64,000 bases of DNA from contig NC_090401.1 of the NCBI RefSeq assembly GCF_036365525.1, positions 53,578,868-53,642,867 of the forward strand. The letters run 5' to 3'. Positions 61,605 through 64,000 of this stretch are shown here, in pieces (within the stretch, counting starts at the first letter, position 1; every line of letters begins with the position of its first letter). This DNA is from Heterodontus francisci (taxonomy: Eukaryota). Below the pieces are notes generated by a model. It was not told the origin of the DNA and did not search any database. It saw only the letters and a program-made list of their open reading frames with translations. The translations under genes and the position numbers were made by a program.

Positions 61605-62155
61605 ACTCAGCAGATGTACTAATGACATATTAAAAACAATCTGTAATTCTTGTATTAAAGAAACAAAACATTTTGATTTTCTTTGGGAACTTCGACTGTG
61701 CTACCATCAGATTGTTAACAAAGAAAGAGAGCATTTCCAAATGGGAACAAGTTTGGTGTCATTAAACATGACTCATACAGGAAAAGCGAAATAAACTTGC
61801 CTTGGTAATAGGAAGCGGAAAATTCCTTCTTGTATCACTCAAACTTGATTTAACTGAACAATGGCACTGTATGTGGTGCTGGATGCAGCCTGGTTGATCC
61901 CAAAGAGGATAGGTACATTTGGTAGCTTGCAAGGTCTTAAGTGGGCTGCTCACTGATGATTGTGCAGTGTTCAACTTCATTTGTAATGCCTCAGATAATG
62001 AAGCAGTCCATGCCAATGTGCAGCATTATCTGGACAATTTCCAGACTTGGGCTGCTAGATGGAAGCAACATTCAGGCCACACAAGTGGCAAGCAATGACC
62101 ATGTCCAGCAACAGTGTTTAACCATCTCCCAATTAGATTTAATGCCTTTGGCATT

Positions 62156-62419
62156 CTTTCTTTCTTTGGCCTCCTTATCTCGAGAGACAATGGGTAAGCG
62201 CCTGGAGGTGGTCAGTGGTGTGTGGAGCAGCGCCTGGAGTGGCTATAAAGGCCAATTTTAGAGTGACAGGCTCTTCCACAGGTGCTGCAGAAAAATGTGC
62301 TTGTCGGGGCTGTTACACAGTTGGCTCTCCCCTTGCGCTTTTGTCTTTTTTCCTGCCAACTGCTAAGTCTCTTCGACTCGCCACACTTTAGCCCCACCTT
62401 TATGGCTGCCCACCATTAC
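62156..62419 (-). mobile_element. RTE 3' fragment nested in an older LINE
   Basis: CSTCGRACHSKIGLYSH; TSD tggcatt at 62149-62155 and 62420-62426. Confidence 0.9.
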
Positions 62420-63114
62420 TGGCATTACCATCACTAAACTCGGCACTATCAACATCTTGGGGTGTGGGCAGGGTGAGGGGGTCAGCATTTATCAGAAATT
62501 AAACTAGACCAGCCACACATAAGCACTGTGGCTACCAGAGGTCAGAAGCTCAGTATTCTATGATGAGTGGCTTACCTCTCAATTCAACAACAACTCATTT
62601 ATATAGCACCTTTAACATAATAAAACATTCCAAGATGCTTCACAGGAGTATAATAAAACAAAATATGACAGTCACATAAGGAGATATTAAGGTAAAGAGG
62701 TTGGTTTTAAAAGAGTTCTTAAAAGGAGGAAAGCTAGGTAGAGAGGCAGAGGGGTATAGGGAAGGAGTTCCAGAGCTTAGGCCTAGGCAACTGAAGGGGC
62801 AGCCACCAATGGTGCAGCAATTAAAATGGAGGATGCACAAGAAGCCAGAAACAGAGGAGCGCAGATATCTGAGGATTGTGGGGCTGGAGGAGATTACAGA
62901 GATAGGGACGCCAGGATAAAAATTTTAATATCAAGACATTGCTTGACGGAGCAAATGTACATCAGCGAGCACAGGGGTGATAGGGGAATGCGACTTGCTG
63001 CAAATTAAGACATGGACAGCAGAGTTTTGGATAACCTCAAGGGAGACCAGCCAGAAGTGTGTTGGAATGGTCAGGTCTAGAGGTAACAAAGGCATGAATG
63101 AGGGTTTCAGCAGA

Positions 63115-64000
63115 TAGAATCATAGAAAGTTTGAGGCACAGAAAGAGGCCACTTGGCCAATCATGTCTGCGCTGGCCGAAAAACAATCCACCTATTCTCA
63201 TCCCACCTTCCAGCATTTGATCCGTAGCCCGACAGATTACGCACTTGAGGTGCATATCCAGACTCCTTTTGAACCAATGTGGGTTTTAGCAAGACTTTTT
63301 TTTAAACCAGTCTAAAACCCACATAGACCACATCAACTGCACTACCCTCATCTGTTTTCCTTGTTACTTCTTCAAAGAATTCAATCAAGTTTATCAAACA
63401 AGATCTTCCCTTAACAAATCCATACTATCCTTGATTAACCTGTGCCTTTCTAAGTGACAGTTTATCCTGTCTCTCAGAATAGATTCCAATAATTTGCCCA
63501 CTATGGAGGTTAGAATGACTGGCCTGTAATTATTCGGTCTATCCTTCGCTCCCTTTTTCAACAGAGGTACAACATTAGCAATTCTCCAATCCTCTGGCAC
63601 CACACCTGTATCCAGAGAGGACTGGAAAATGATGGCCAGACCCTTTGCTATTTCATCTCTTGCTTCTTTTAACAGCCTAGGATACATTTAATCTGGCCCT
63701 CGTGATTCATCAACTTTCAAGGATGCTAATCCCATTAAAACTTCCTCTCTCCCTATGTTTATCACATCCATTACTTAACACTCTTCCTCCTTAACTACAA
63801 TATCTGCATCGTCCCCATTTTGTGAAGACAGACACAAAGTATTCATTAAGAATCATACCAATATCTTCCACTCCTACACATAGGTTACTTTTTTTGTCTT
63901 TTATGGGCCCTACTCTCTCCTTAGTTATCCTCTTACTCTTAATGTATTAATAAAACATCTTTGGGTTCACCTTGATTTTGCTTGCCAATATTCTTTCCTG
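63115..64000 (-). mobile_element. CR1 LINE with an internal deletion, running off the right edge; same subfamily as 52278-53830
   Basis: MYPRLLKEARDEIAKGL...NYRPVILTS; 3' tail at 63115-63272 abuts RT sequence at about 63325. Confidence 0.9.

Overview
Vertebrate (not microbial) genomic DNA. The repeat content (HE1-like V-SINEs, SacSINE1-like DeuSINEs, CR1/L2/RTE LINEs, Penelope-derived hairpins) points to a shark or other elasmobranch. Three spliced genes can be rebuilt by hand with GT-AG boundaries and consistent phases. They are the first four coding exons of RPA2 (minus strand, running off the left edge), a complete 8-exon SMPDL3B (plus, 454 aa) and a complete 3-exon XKR8 scramblase (plus, 413 aa), in the same order as human RPA2-SMPDL3B-XKR8. 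Most of the rest is nested transposon debris, and most long ORFs in the supplied track are LINE reverse-transcriptase fragments or their antisense shadows. The most notable non-genic signals are: Penelope-derived short elements carrying a minimal hammerhead-ribozyme motif with a compensatory stem change; a 95-bp near-perfect inverted duplication just upstream of SMPDL3B exon 3; an unexplained ~270-bp direct duplication between SMPDL3B and XKR8; a full-length CR1 with four splice-donor motifs in its 5' UTR, head-to-head with SMPDL3B; a young RTE with a 30-bp target-site duplication (TSD); and two solo LTRs. No wholly new system is proven from sequence alone. Repeat boundaries are approximate unless a TSD is quoted, and family names come from recall rather than a database search.
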